DNA of 64,000 bases from an uncultured Chloroflexia bacterium (lineage in GTDB: Bacteria; Chloroflexota; Limnocylindria; Limnocylindrales; CSP1-4). The stretch lies in contig CAVVNQ010000010.1 of the NCBI GenBank assembly GCA_963749705.1, positions 1-64,000 of the forward strand, written 5' to 3'. A program made the position numbers and the translations under genes. A model generated the notes under the pieces. The model saw only the letters and a program-made list of their open reading frames with translations. It had not been told where the DNA came from and did no database searches. This document shows positions 20,694 through 29,654 of the stretch, one piece after another; within the stretch, counting starts at the first letter, position 1; the number at the start of each line of letters is the position of its first letter.

Positions 20694-22157
20694 TCAGCCG
20701 ATCCGCCGGTACCGCCGCCCGATGAGGAACCAGGCGGGGACGCTCGCGAGCGCTTCGGCGAGCTCGGGTCCCGCCAGGCCGTCGCGCAGCTCGATCGCGA
20801 GCGTCGGCGGCTTGCCGGATCCGGGCCGCGCGTCGACATCGCACAGGTCGATCGCGACCCGCCCGGGCTCGGGGTCGCCCAGCTCGCGGAGCATCGCCAG
20901 GGGCCAATCCCGCGTCTCGGACTCGGCCCTGACCTCGCGCTCCGAGCGCCATCGCGGGCGGCGCAGCAGGATCGCCCGCCAGCCGTCGGCCACCTCGGGG
21001 GTCACCGTCCCGTCGCCCGGGACCGGCGCCGGTGAGAGCCGCTCGCCGCGCGCCCACAGGGCGGCCTGGTGGAGAAGCGCGTACTCGTCGAGGTCGGCGA
21101 AATCGCCGAGTCGCCCGGCGGGTGAGCCATCGCCGAACACGGCCAGGATCGACGGCGCGAACACCTCCGCCAGGTCGAGGTCGATCGCCCGCACCGTGCG
21201 ATGCAGGTACACGTGCTGGTACATGAACAGCCGCGCGGTCAGGAACATCTCGAGCGCCCCGATGCCGGACTCGTACAGCGTCAGCCCGCGCTCCGAGATG
21301 AACGCGTATCGCCGAAGTCGCTCGGCATCGACCGGCCCCATCGACACGCCGGTCAGGTAGGCGTCGCGGCGGACGTAGTCCAGGTTGTCGACCGTGAACA
21401 CGCCCGACAGCAGCGGCTGGAGCAGCCGGACCCAGGCGGGCATCGACGCATCCGAGAGTGCCGGCTTGGACACCAGGAACGAGACCCAGCGCGGATCGAT
21501 GACCTCGCCGTCCGCGAACCGGTCGCGCTCGGGGACGGACCCGGGCGCACGTCGCAGACCGCGGATCAGTGGGTCGAGCTCGTGCTCGATGATCAGCTGC
21601 GAAAGGTCCTCGTGGCTGAGCGTCTTCGCGCCCGGCCGGCGGGGATCCGCGGGAGCGGGAAAGCGGGCGAGGAACTGGTCGTCGAAGAAGTGGGCGAACG
21701 GCCCGTGGCCGACGTCGTGGAGCAGCCCCGCGATCCGCAGCGTCTCGACGACCAGCCCCTCCGACGGCATCGGCTCCGCCGGGGCGACCGCCGGCAGGGT
21801 GGCGCGCAGCGACGGGTACAGCGATCTGGCCCACAGCCCCGCCTCGTGCATCACGCCCAGGCCATGGGTGAACCGCGAGTGCTCGGCGGTGGGGAACACC
21901 CAGCGGGCGCTCTGGAGCTGGCTGATCCGCCGCAGCCGCTGGACCCACGCGGTGTCGAGGAGGTCGACCTCGGCCACGTCCTCCGGGTGGAGGTCGGCGG
22001 CGCGCGCATCGGCCGGTCCAAGGTGCCGGGTCAGCTCGACATAGCCGTGGATCGGGTCGCTGATCAGGTTGACCGCCGCGAACGGAAGCCGCCGGCCCGC
22101 CCTCAGCGCGGGGCGCCGGCCGCCCCGGCCATCCGGATTGAGATCGCCATCGTCCAC
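20694..22157 (-). CDS. HD-domain phosphohydrolase (SAMHD1/dNTP triphosphohydrolase-like)
   Basis: DPIHG, QRLRRISQL, EHSRFTHGLG, LLHDVGHGPFAH, DNLDYVRRD, YQHVYLH. Confidence 0.88.
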   Translation of the reverse strand: MDDGDLNPDGRGGRRPALRAGRRLPFAAVNLISDPIHGYVELTRHLGPADARAADLHPEDVAEVDLLDTAWVQRLRRISQLQSARWVFPTAEHSRFTHGLGVMHEAGLWARSLYPSLRATLPAVAPAEPMPSEGLVVETLRIAGLLHDVGHGPFAHFFDDQFLARFPAPADPRRPGAKTLSHEDLSQLIIEHELDPLIRGLRRAPGSVPERDRFADGEVIDPRWVSFLVSKPALSDASMPAWVRLLQPLLSGVFTVDNLDYVRRDAYLTGVSMGPVDAERLRRYAFISERGLTLYESGIGALEMFLTARLFMYQHVYLHRTVRAIDLDLAEVFAPSILAVFGDGSPAGRLGDFADLDEYALLHQAALWARGERLSPAPVPGDGTVTPEVADGWRAILLRRPRWRSEREVRAESETRDWPLAMLRELGDPEPGRVAIDLCDVDARPGSGKPPTLAIELRDGLAGPELAEALASVPAWFLIGRRYRRIG

Positions 22158-22185
22158 CCCGAGAGCGTACCCCGCCGCCGGGTCG

Positions 22186-23265
22186 TCAGGCCTCCTGCTC
22201 GCCCGATCCGCCCGATCCGCCCGATCCGTACGCCGCGGCGGCCCGGGCCAGCGTCGCCGCCACGTCGGCTCGCAGGTCCGGTGGCGCGATGACCTCGACC
22301 TCGTCGCCCCAGGACAGGATCCACAGCCGGATCTCGATCGTGCCCGACACCGTGCCCCGCCATTCGAGGGATCCGTCCTCGGCCTCCCGGATCTGCTGGC
22401 TCGGATGCCAGGTCGCCTCGCTCACGCGCGCCGCGACCGCCGGCGCGAACCGGAGCACGACCTCGACCTGCGGCTGGTCCGCGATGATGTCCCAGGCGCG
22501 CCGCAGCGTTGCCGCGAGCGGTCCGGCCTCCGGGGGCTCGAAGGTCCGGGGTGTCAGGGCGAGATCGACGATCCGCTCGACCTTGAACGTCCGGATCGCC
22601 CCCCGCGTCTCGTCGAACCCGATCAGGTACAGCGCGTGCGTCTCGAGCGACGGCTCGAGCAGGTACGGGTGGACCTCGGCCGTCCGCGGCTCGCGCTCGG
22701 CGCCCTCGTAGCGCGCGGGCGCGTACGTCAGCCGCACCACCCGGCGCTCCGCCCAGGCACGGGTGAGATCCGCCACGTGGCGGTTGAACGCGGGATCGAC
22801 CCGCCGCTCGGCGAGGTCCGCCAGCGTGCGCTCGACGTGCGCTCGGAGCGCGTCCGGAAGCCCTTCCTCGAGCTTCTGGAACGCGGCGGCGAGGGCCGGG
22901 TCGTACTTGTCGGCATAGCGCGTCATCAGGCGGGCGGACAGGAACACCGCCATCGCCTCCTGCTGGGTCAGCCGAAGCGGGGGCAGGAACGCGTGGCCCT
23001 CGACGCCCCACCGACCGCGCTCGCTCCACACCGGGATGCCGAGCTCGCCCTCGAGCGCCCGCAGGTCACGGTAGACGCTCCGGACATGCATCGCGGTCCG
23101 CTTCGCGATCTCGGCCGGGCGGACGCCGTCCTCGCCATGCGCCTGCAGGACCTGGAGCACGCGCAGCAGCCGGGCGGTGCGGTCGCGCTTGCCCTCGAGC
23201 CGCTCGCTGTCGGGCTGCCCCGGTTCATCGAAGCCGTCGGTCATCGAGGCGTCCTCGGTCGTCAC
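22186..23265 (-). CDS. HTH-WYL-WCX transcriptional regulator (PafB/C-like)
   Basis: RSVYRDLRAL HTH; HPYLL..LYLIG..RTFKVERI WYL domain; WHPSQ and WILSWGDEVEVIAP WCX domain. Confidence 0.92.
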   Translation of the reverse strand: MTTEDASMTDGFDEPGQPDSERLEGKRDRTARLLRVLQVLQAHGEDGVRPAEIAKRTAMHVRSVYRDLRALEGELGIPVWSERGRWGVEGHAFLPPLRLTQQEAMAVFLSARLMTRYADKYDPALAAAFQKLEEGLPDALRAHVERTLADLAERRVDPAFNRHVADLTRAWAERRVVRLTYAPARYEGAEREPRTAEVHPYLLEPSLETHALYLIGFDETRGAIRTFKVERIVDLALTPRTFEPPEAGPLAATLRRAWDIIADQPQVEVVLRFAPAVAARVSEATWHPSQQIREAEDGSLEWRGTVSGTIEIRLWILSWGDEVEVIAPPDLRADVAATLARAAAAYGSGGSGGSGEQEA

Positions 23266-24443
23266 GTCGGAGGCTGGATCAACACCGGCGACGCGCGATC
23301 CACCGCCGTGAGATGGATCCGCAGCGAGGCCAGCAGGGCATCGCTCGAGAGCTCGGTGGCGGGACCCGTCACGTGGATGTCGGCCTGGCCGAGCTGGCCA
23401 TCGGTGAACACCCAGTAGTCAAGGTCACCCCGCCAGCGCGAGACGTCGGCGGAGCCGATGAGCAGCTCGACCTCGGGCACCGCGCGGCGAAGGGTCGAGC
23501 CATCGATCGTGACGCGGCAATGGCGCGCTCGAGCACCCTCGATGAACGCGAGCCCGCGGTCCTCCGAGACCGCCCGGTTGTCCATCGTGAGCGCGACCGC
23601 GAGCAGCTGCTGGTCGAGGTCGCCACCGGCTGCCTGTCCGATGGTCGCCCGGGTCCACGGCGATCCGGGCTGGAGCGTCCAGGCGCGATCGCCGATCCGC
23701 GTCAGCCCGTGCTGGCCCAGCGTGACGCGGCTCGCCGCGAACCCGGTCCAGCGCACGTCGGTGCCATTCCTGGCACCCGTGATCGAGACCTGGCCGGTGA
23801 CCCGGCCATCGATCGACGCATCCATGAGCAGCGTCACCCGCGCCGTCGACCCGGCGACCAGCGGACCGCTGCACGCCGGCGGCTCGCCCGTCGGATCCGT
23901 GGGGCCGAACCGGGACGAGGCCGCCGGCTGGTCGCGGAGCGAGAGCTCGTTGGCCACCGCGGCCGCGGTGAACCCGCTGCCGGCGATCACGGCGAGGCCG
24001 AGGCCGAGGCCGGTGCCCATGACGACCCGACGCCGGCGGAGCGACGTCTCGCCGAGGCGACGCCGCGCGATGCCCAGCCCGGCGAACATGCCGGTTCCGG
24101 CGAGCGCAAGGATCCACGGATACGCCGCCTCCAGCGACGGCACCAGCGTCTGCGATCCCTGCCCGCCGACCTGGGCGGCGACGCTCACGATCGAGGGGAC
24201 CATCAGCAGGATCACCCCCAGGCCGAGCCACGCGATGGCGGCGAACGCCCGGTCTCCGCGCGCGACCGGTGGCCACACGACGGCGGCCAGTGCGACCAGG
24301 ATCGGCAGGCCGGTGGCCAGCCCCACGAGGTGATCCGCCGGGCCGCCGGGCTGGTATCCCACCAGCACCAGGGCGAACGTCGTGAACCACAGGGCCGCCA
24401 GCGCCGCCCCGAGGATCCGAAGCTCGATCATCCGTACCCGCAC
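23262..24443 (-). CDS. Hypothetical membrane protein (about 5 TM plus extracytoplasmic beta domain)
   Basis: Several hydrophobic helices; stop overlaps the WYL start (GTGA); TAGACT 6 nt before GTG. Confidence 0.75.
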   Translation of the reverse strand: MRVRMIELRILGAALAALWFTTFALVLVGYQPGGPADHLVGLATGLPILVALAAVVWPPVARGDRAFAAIAWLGLGVILLMVPSIVSVAAQVGGQGSQTLVPSLEAAYPWILALAGTGMFAGLGIARRRLGETSLRRRRVVMGTGLGLGLAVIAGSGFTAAAVANELSLRDQPAASSRFGPTDPTGEPPACSGPLVAGSTARVTLLMDASIDGRVTGQVSITGARNGTDVRWTGFAASRVTLGQHGLTRIGDRAWTLQPGSPWTRATIGQAAGGDLDQQLLAVALTMDNRAVSEDRGLAFIEGARARHCRVTIDGSTLRRAVPEVELLIGSADVSRWRGDLDYWVFTDGQLGQADIHVTGPATELSSDALLASLRIHLTAVDRASPVLIQPPT

Positions 24444-24653
24444 GGTCGGAGTCTAGCGAGCCTGCGACCGCGGCCGTCGCATGGCGTGGCATCGGAGCGG
24501 CGCGTGCGACGTGGCATCGGCGGTCGTCGTCCGGCACGGCACGGGCGCACCACAAGTACCGCCCGAATGGAACTCCAGGGCCATCGCCGTCCCTGCTGAT
24601 CCCGACCGATACTCACCTCACCGCACTCCGGTGCGCGACAACACGAACAGACC

Positions 24654-24729
24654 GGCCGCGATGGTCCTCCTCCTCCCATCGGCATGGCCCAACCGAAGCG
24701 ACGCCGTCCTCCTCCCGGCGTCGCTTCGG
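24654..24729. ncRNA. Candidate sRNA or cis element: two hairpins with CCTCCTCCC loops
   Basis: CGATGG-tcctcctcctc-CCATCG (24659-24681) and perfect 14-bp stem CCGAAGCGACGCCG-tcctcctcc-CGGCGTCGCTTCGG (24693-24729). Confidence 0.5.
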
Positions 24730-24754
24730 GCGTCTCCGGGGCTACGATCCGGTG

Positions 24755-25573
24755 ATGCAGCGCCCGTTCGTCTCCCTGCTCACCGACTTCGGGGCGCGCG
24801 ACGCGTCGGCCGCCATCTGTCGCGCGGTGATCCTTGGCATCTGTCCGGACGTCGAGCTGCTCGACATCACGCACGAGGTCCGCAAGTACTCGATCCGCGA
24901 CGGCGCGCTCGCGCTGTGGTGCGCGCTGCCGTACCTGCCGCGCGGCACGCACGTGGCCGTGGTCGATCCGGGCGTGGGCACGGCTCGCAGGCCGATCGCC
25001 ATTCGGGTCGCCCGCGGGGACGTCCTGATCGGCCCCGACAACGGGCTGCTCCCATCCGGCGCGGAACGGCTCGGCGGGATCGAGGAGGTTCGCGAGCTCG
25101 CGAACCCCGATTACCGGCTTCCCGTGGTCACCAGCAGCTTCCACGGGCGGGACATCTTCGCGCCCGCCGCGGCGCACCTGGCAGCCGGGGTGTCGTTCAC
25201 CGATCTCGGCCCGCGCCTCGACGCCGCATCGCTGGTGCCGTCGCCGCTGCCCGCTCCCGTCCGCCTCGCCGACGGCGGCCTGCGGACCGAGATCGTGTAC
25301 GTGGACACGTTCGGCAACGTCAAGCTGTCGGCGCTGGCCGAGGACCTGCGGACGGCCGTCGCCGGTGCACCGATGGGCCGGCTCGACATCACCATCGACG
25401 ACGGAAGACGGGTTTCGCTCCCATGGGCCGCGACGTTCGGCGAGATCGCGCGCGGGGAGCCGCTCCTGTACGAGGACTCGTACGGGCGGTTGTGCATCGC
25501 GGTCAACCAGGGCAACGCCGCGGAGCAGCTGGGCCTCACGGACGGGATGACGATCGACATCCGGTCCGCCTGA
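24755..25573 (+). CDS. SAM hydroxide adenosyltransferase (DUF62, chlorinase/fluorinase fold)
   Basis: TDFG, VVDPGVG..RR, GPDNG, SFHGRDIFAP, YVDTFGN. Confidence 0.9.
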   Translation: MQRPFVSLLTDFGARDASAAICRAVILGICPDVELLDITHEVRKYSIRDGALALWCALPYLPRGTHVAVVDPGVGTARRPIAIRVARGDVLIGPDNGLLPSGAERLGGIEEVRELANPDYRLPVVTSSFHGRDIFAPAAAHLAAGVSFTDLGPRLDAASLVPSPLPAPVRLADGGLRTEIVYVDTFGNVKLSALAEDLRTAVAGAPMGRLDITIDDGRRVSLPWAATFGEIARGEPLLYEDSYGRLCIAVNQGNAAEQLGLTDGMTIDIRSA

Positions 25574-25638
25574 CTGGGTTCCCCGGCGGCGGACGACCGG
25601 TACACTTCCGCCGGGGACTTTCAGGAGGAGATCACAGG

Positions 25639-26592
25639 ATGCGCACGATCAGGGGCGTGACCGCCCTCACCTTTGCGGCCGTGTTCGTCGCGGCCTGCTC
25701 CAGCGGCGGTGCGTCGCCGTCCGTGGCACCGACCGAGGCGGCCAGCAGCGCGCCCAGCGCCGCGGCATCGGAGGCGCCGAGCCCGACGCCTGACGCCTGC
25801 GCCAAGGACAACCTGGCGACGGTCACGGCGGGCGTGCTCACGATCGGCACGGACAACCCGGCCTACCCGCCGTACTTCGACCCGCCTGCCACCGGCGAGA
25901 CGGCCACGAGTCCCTGGGAGCTTGGCGATCCGACCAACGGCCGCGGCTTCGAGAGCGCCGTCGCCTACGCGGTCGCCGCCCAGCTCGGGTTCGACAAGGC
26001 GAGCGTCGCCTGGACCTACGTCCAGTTCGACAGCTCGTATGCGCCGGGCGCCAAGGCCTTCGACTTCGACATCAACCAGATCTCGTACACGGCCGAGCGG
26101 GCCCAGTCCGTGGACATGTCGGATGGCTACTACACGGTCAACCAGGCCTTGGTCGCCAACGCGGACACGCCGATCACCAAGATCACGAGCGTGTCTGGGC
26201 TCAAGGAGTTCAAGCTGGGTGCGCAGTCGGGCACCACGAGCTACGCGTTCATCACCGACACCATCCAGCCCACCACGGACGCGTCCGTCTACGACTCCAA
26301 CGACGCCGCGATCGCGGGGCTCAACGCCAAGCAGATCGACGGCATCGTCGTCGACCTCCCGACCGCGTTCTACATCACCGCCGCCCAGATGGACAACGGG
26401 GTGATCGTCGGCCAGTTCGCGCCGCCGACCGGTGCCGATGCCGAGCACTTCAGCCTGGTGCTCCAGAAGGACAGCCCGCTGACCGCGTGCGTCAATGCCG
26501 CCATCGCCGCCATCAAGGCCGACGGCACGCTCGATTCGATCACCAAGGAATGGCTGGCCGACAAGGCGAGCGCGCCGGTCTTCCAGCCCTGA
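25639..26592 (+). CDS. Polar amino acid ABC transporter substrate-binding lipoprotein
   Basis: AGGAGG RBS; lipobox FVAAC; IGTDNPAYPP, FDFDINQIS..ERA, GAQSGTT. Confidence 0.9.
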   Translation: MRTIRGVTALTFAAVFVAACSSGGASPSVAPTEAASSAPSAAASEAPSPTPDACAKDNLATVTAGVLTIGTDNPAYPPYFDPPATGETATSPWELGDPTNGRGFESAVAYAVAAQLGFDKASVAWTYVQFDSSYAPGAKAFDFDINQISYTAERAQSVDMSDGYYTVNQALVANADTPITKITSVSGLKEFKLGAQSGTTSYAFITDTIQPTTDASVYDSNDAAIAGLNAKQIDGIVVDLPTAFYITAAQMDNGVIVGQFAPPTGADAEHFSLVLQKDSPLTACVNAAIAAIKADGTLDSITKEWLADKASAPVFQP

Positions 26593-26599
26593 CCGCTCG

Positions 26600-27532
26600 A
26601 TGATCCGCGGGGGTCCGCGCGACCCGACGGTGCGTCCCGCACCCGTGTCACGCGGCCCCCGATCGCCGCTCGGCGAGGGCGGCCGGTCGATCCTGATCGC
26701 GATCGCGTCCACGATCGTGGTGTTCACCGCGCTCGCGATCGTGGTCGCCAACGCGCCCGGCTGGCCCGAGTTCCAGGCCAAGTTCCTCGATCGGGACATC
26801 TTCCTCGAGAGCCTGCCCAAGGTCGTCGCCAAGTTCTGGGTCAACGTCCAGCTGTTCGTCATCGCCGAGGTGGTGGTCCTCGCCTGGGGCCTGGTGCTGG
26901 CCGTCATGCGCAGCCTGCCGGGGCCGGTGTTCTTCCCGATCCGGCTCCTGGCCACCATCTACGTTGATGTGTTCCGCGCCCTGCCCGGCCTGCTGGTGAT
27001 CTTCATGGTCGGGTTCGGCATCCCGGGTCTCGGCATCGCCGGCATCCCGGCGGACCCGTTCTTCTGGGGCGTGTTCACCCTGTCCCTGCTGTACTCCGCC
27101 TACGTTTCGGAGGTCTACCGGGCAGGCATCGAGTCGATCCATCCCAGCCAGACCGCGGCCGCCCGGTCGCTCGGGCTGTCCGAGTTCCAGGCGCTCCGGT
27201 ATGTCGTCGTACCCCAGGCGGTCCGCAGGGTCATCCCGCCGCTGCTCAATGACTTCATCGGGCTCCAGAAGGACACCGTGCTGGTGAGCTACATCGGCGT
27301 GGTCGAGATCTTCCGCCAGAGCACGATCCTGCAGCAGGCGAGGTTCAACTTCACGCCGCTCCTGGCGACGGCGCTGGTGTTCCTCCTGCTCACGATCCCG
27401 ATGGCCCGGTTCACCGATTGGCTGCTGGCTCGCGAGAAGCGTCGCCGGAGTGGCGGCTCGGGCGGCGGCGGCATCCGGATCCCGCTCGTGCGAGCCCTCG
27501 CGGGCCGTCGCGGGACCGGGAGTGGCGGATGA
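26600..27532 (+). CDS. Polar amino acid ABC transporter permease
   Basis: YSAYVSEVYRAGIESI..AARSLGL..VVPQA..KDT signature. Confidence 0.92.
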   Translation: MIRGGPRDPTVRPAPVSRGPRSPLGEGGRSILIAIASTIVVFTALAIVVANAPGWPEFQAKFLDRDIFLESLPKVVAKFWVNVQLFVIAEVVVLAWGLVLAVMRSLPGPVFFPIRLLATIYVDVFRALPGLLVIFMVGFGIPGLGIAGIPADPFFWGVFTLSLLYSAYVSEVYRAGIESIHPSQTAAARSLGLSEFQALRYVVVPQAVRRVIPPLLNDFIGLQKDTVLVSYIGVVEIFRQSTILQQARFNFTPLLATALVFLLLTIPMARFTDWLLAREKRRRSGGSGGGGIRIPLVRALAGRRGTGSGG

Positions 27533-28278
27533 CCGCAGCCGCCCTGTCGATCCAGGGCCTCCACAAGTCGTTCGGCCAGCTCGAGGTGCTGCGCGGGATC
27601 GACCTCGAGGTCGCCGAGCACGAGGTCATCGCGCTGATCGGCGCCTCGGGCAGCGGCAAGTCCACGCTGCTGCGGTGCATCAACCTGCTCGAGCCGATCG
27701 ACGCCGGCCGGATCCTGATCGAGGGCGAGGAGATCACGGCGCGCGGCGTCAAGGTTGACCGGATCCGACGGCGGGTCGGGATCGTGTTCCAGTCGTTCAA
27801 CCTGTTCCCGCACATGCGCGTGGTGGACAACGTCACGCTGGGCCCGCGCAAGGCGCTCGGTCGGTCGCCGACGGAGGCGGAGGCCGCCGCGCTCGCGCTG
27901 CTCGACCGGTTCGGGCTCGGCGACAAGGCCCGCGACTATCCGGACCGGCTGTCGGGCGGCCAGCAGCAGCGGGTGGCGATCGTCCGCGCGCTGGCCATGG
28001 AGCCGGACCTGCTGCTGCTCGACGAGGTCACCTCGGCGCTCGACCCCGAGCTCGTGGCCGAGGTGCTGAACGTCATCCGCGAGCTTGCCGCGGGCGGCAT
28101 GACGATGCTGATCGCGACCCACGAGATGGGCTTCGCGCGGGATATCGCCAGCCGCGTCTGCTTCCTCGACGACGGGCGGATCCTGGAGCAGGGACCGCCG
28201 GCCCGCATCTTCTCCGAGCCGCAGGAGCCCCGGACCCGGCAGTTCCTCAACCGGATCATCGAGGCTGGCCGGCTCTAG
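27529..28278 (+). CDS. Polar amino acid ABC transporter ATP-binding protein (GlnQ-like)
   Basis: GASGSGKST, LSGGQQQRVAI, LLDEVTSALDPE, THEMGFA. Confidence 0.95.
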   Translation: MTAAALSIQGLHKSFGQLEVLRGIDLEVAEHEVIALIGASGSGKSTLLRCINLLEPIDAGRILIEGEEITARGVKVDRIRRRVGIVFQSFNLFPHMRVVDNVTLGPRKALGRSPTEAEAAALALLDRFGLGDKARDYPDRLSGGQQQRVAIVRALAMEPDLLLLDEVTSALDPELVAEVLNVIRELAAGGMTMLIATHEMGFARDIASRVCFLDDGRILEQGPPARIFSEPQEPRTRQFLNRIIEAGRL

Positions 28279-29066
28279 CGGGGCAGGCGATCCGGGCCCG
28301 GCCCTCCGCCCTCGCGAGCCGCCATCGGGCCCCGGCAGGCGTCCACGAAGAACGCGAACAGGCGCTCGAAGGCCCGCGGTGTCGACTCGGTGCGCTCGGG
28401 ATGGCACTGGACGGCCATCCGGAACGGGCCGGACGTCGCCTCGAACCCCTCCACCAGATCGCCTGCGGGGCTTGGCGAGAACGCGGTCGCGACGAACCTG
28501 GGGGCGAGGTCGCCGGGCCGGATCGCCTGGTGGTGATGGCTGTTGACCGTCAGGACCCCGCCACCGACGTTCGACGGCGACAGGATCCGCGTCATCCGTG
28601 CCCCCGGCACGAGGCGCAGCGGGTGGGTCGTCGCCTGGCCCTGTCCCCAGCCGGCGCCGGCGTGGCCCTCGACATGCTGGAGCAGGCCCCCGCCGGCGAA
28701 CACGTTCATCGCCTGGAGGCCGCGGCACACCCCGAGCACGGGCACGCCCCGCCGCTCGGCGACCGCCCAGGCCTCGGCTTCGAGCGCATCGCGGTCCGGC
28801 TCCACCTCGCGTGCACCGGCGACCGGCTGCCCGTACCGTCCGGGATCGATGTCCGCGCCGCCGCTCAGCAGCAGCCCGTGCATGGACGCGAACGCAGCAG
28901 CCCGCTCAGATGTCGAGGAGGCCGCGTCGAGCGGCACGACGGACGCCCCGTGCCGGGCCACGGCGTCGACGTACAGCGCGTTCTTGCGAGCCGCGATCGC
29001 GGGGTCGGCCTGGCGCTCGGCGACCATGAGCGTGACGACGATGCGCGGTGCGGCTGCGGGCGACAT
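28275..29066 (-). CDS. Peptidase C26 / gamma-glutamyl-GABA hydrolase family glutamine amidotransferase
   Basis: LLSGGADIDP, GVCRGLQ nucleophile, VNSHHHQ, QCHPE. Confidence 0.9.
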   Translation of the reverse strand: MSPAAAPRIVVTLMVAERQADPAIAARKNALYVDAVARHGASVVPLDAASSTSERAAAFASMHGLLLSGGADIDPGRYGQPVAGAREVEPDRDALEAEAWAVAERRGVPVLGVCRGLQAMNVFAGGGLLQHVEGHAGAGWGQGQATTHPLRLVPGARMTRILSPSNVGGGVLTVNSHHHQAIRPGDLAPRFVATAFSPSPAGDLVEGFEATSGPFRMAVQCHPERTESTPRAFERLFAFFVDACRGPMAAREGGGPGPDRLPR

Positions 29067-29107
29067 GGTGGTGCAGGATACGCGCGCCCGGCCTCAGGCG
29101 CCCGGCG

Positions 29108-29620
29108 TCAGGTGCCCTGGGCCGCAGCCTCCGGCGCCGGGCTCGACGGCCCGTCGGACGGCGCCAGGAGCGAGGGCTCGATGGTCGGGTCCGGTGTCTC
29201 ACCCTCGTCCATCGGCGGGTGGTACTCCTGGCCGGGCAGGATCCTCAGCACCCAGCCGCGCTGGAGCGTGTTCGGGTCGTAGTCCGCCGACTCGGGATCC
29301 AGGCCGGGGTATCGGTCCCGGTTCCAGTAGGCGATGCTGCGCCCGGTTGTCTGGAACCGGCGAGCGATCGAGAGCAGCGTGTCGCCCCGGACGACCGTGT
29401 ACTGCGCAAAGGTTGGCTCCGGCGTGGGGGTCGGCGGCGCCGGCGATGGCGACGGCGTGGGGAGGGGGGTCGGTGATGGTGTCGGGGTGGGTCCCGGCGT
29501 GGGCGTCGGCCGCACCGAGGCGGGCAGGCACCCCGCAAGCGAGACCGTCAGCGCGCCCACGGCGATGACGACCGCGAGGAGCCTCGAGGCGCGGACCTGC
29601 GGTCGCCGGGCTCGGATCAC
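29108..29620 (-). CDS. LysM-domain lipoprotein
   Basis: Lipobox LAGC, PT linker, YTVVRGDTLLSIARRF..GWVLRI. Confidence 0.82.
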   Translation of the reverse strand: MIRARRPQVRASRLLAVVIAVGALTVSLAGCLPASVRPTPTPGPTPTPSPTPLPTPSPSPAPPTPTPEPTFAQYTVVRGDTLLSIARRFQTTGRSIAYWNRDRYPGLDPESADYDPNTLQRGWVLRILPGQEYHPPMDEGETPDPTIEPSLLAPSDGPSSPAPEAAAQGT

Positions 29621-29654
29621 CACCGCAGTGTGACGCCTCGACGACCGCGCCCGG

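Noticed and set aside
22200-22228. GCCCGATCC x3 microrepeat (similar short repeats near 53860 and 56785)
   Set aside because: In-frame low-complexity protein tails or linkers
24755-25573. Fluorinase or chlorinase
   Set aside because: FHGRD His plus the conserved Asp and Arg indicate the common SAM hydroxide adenosyltransferase
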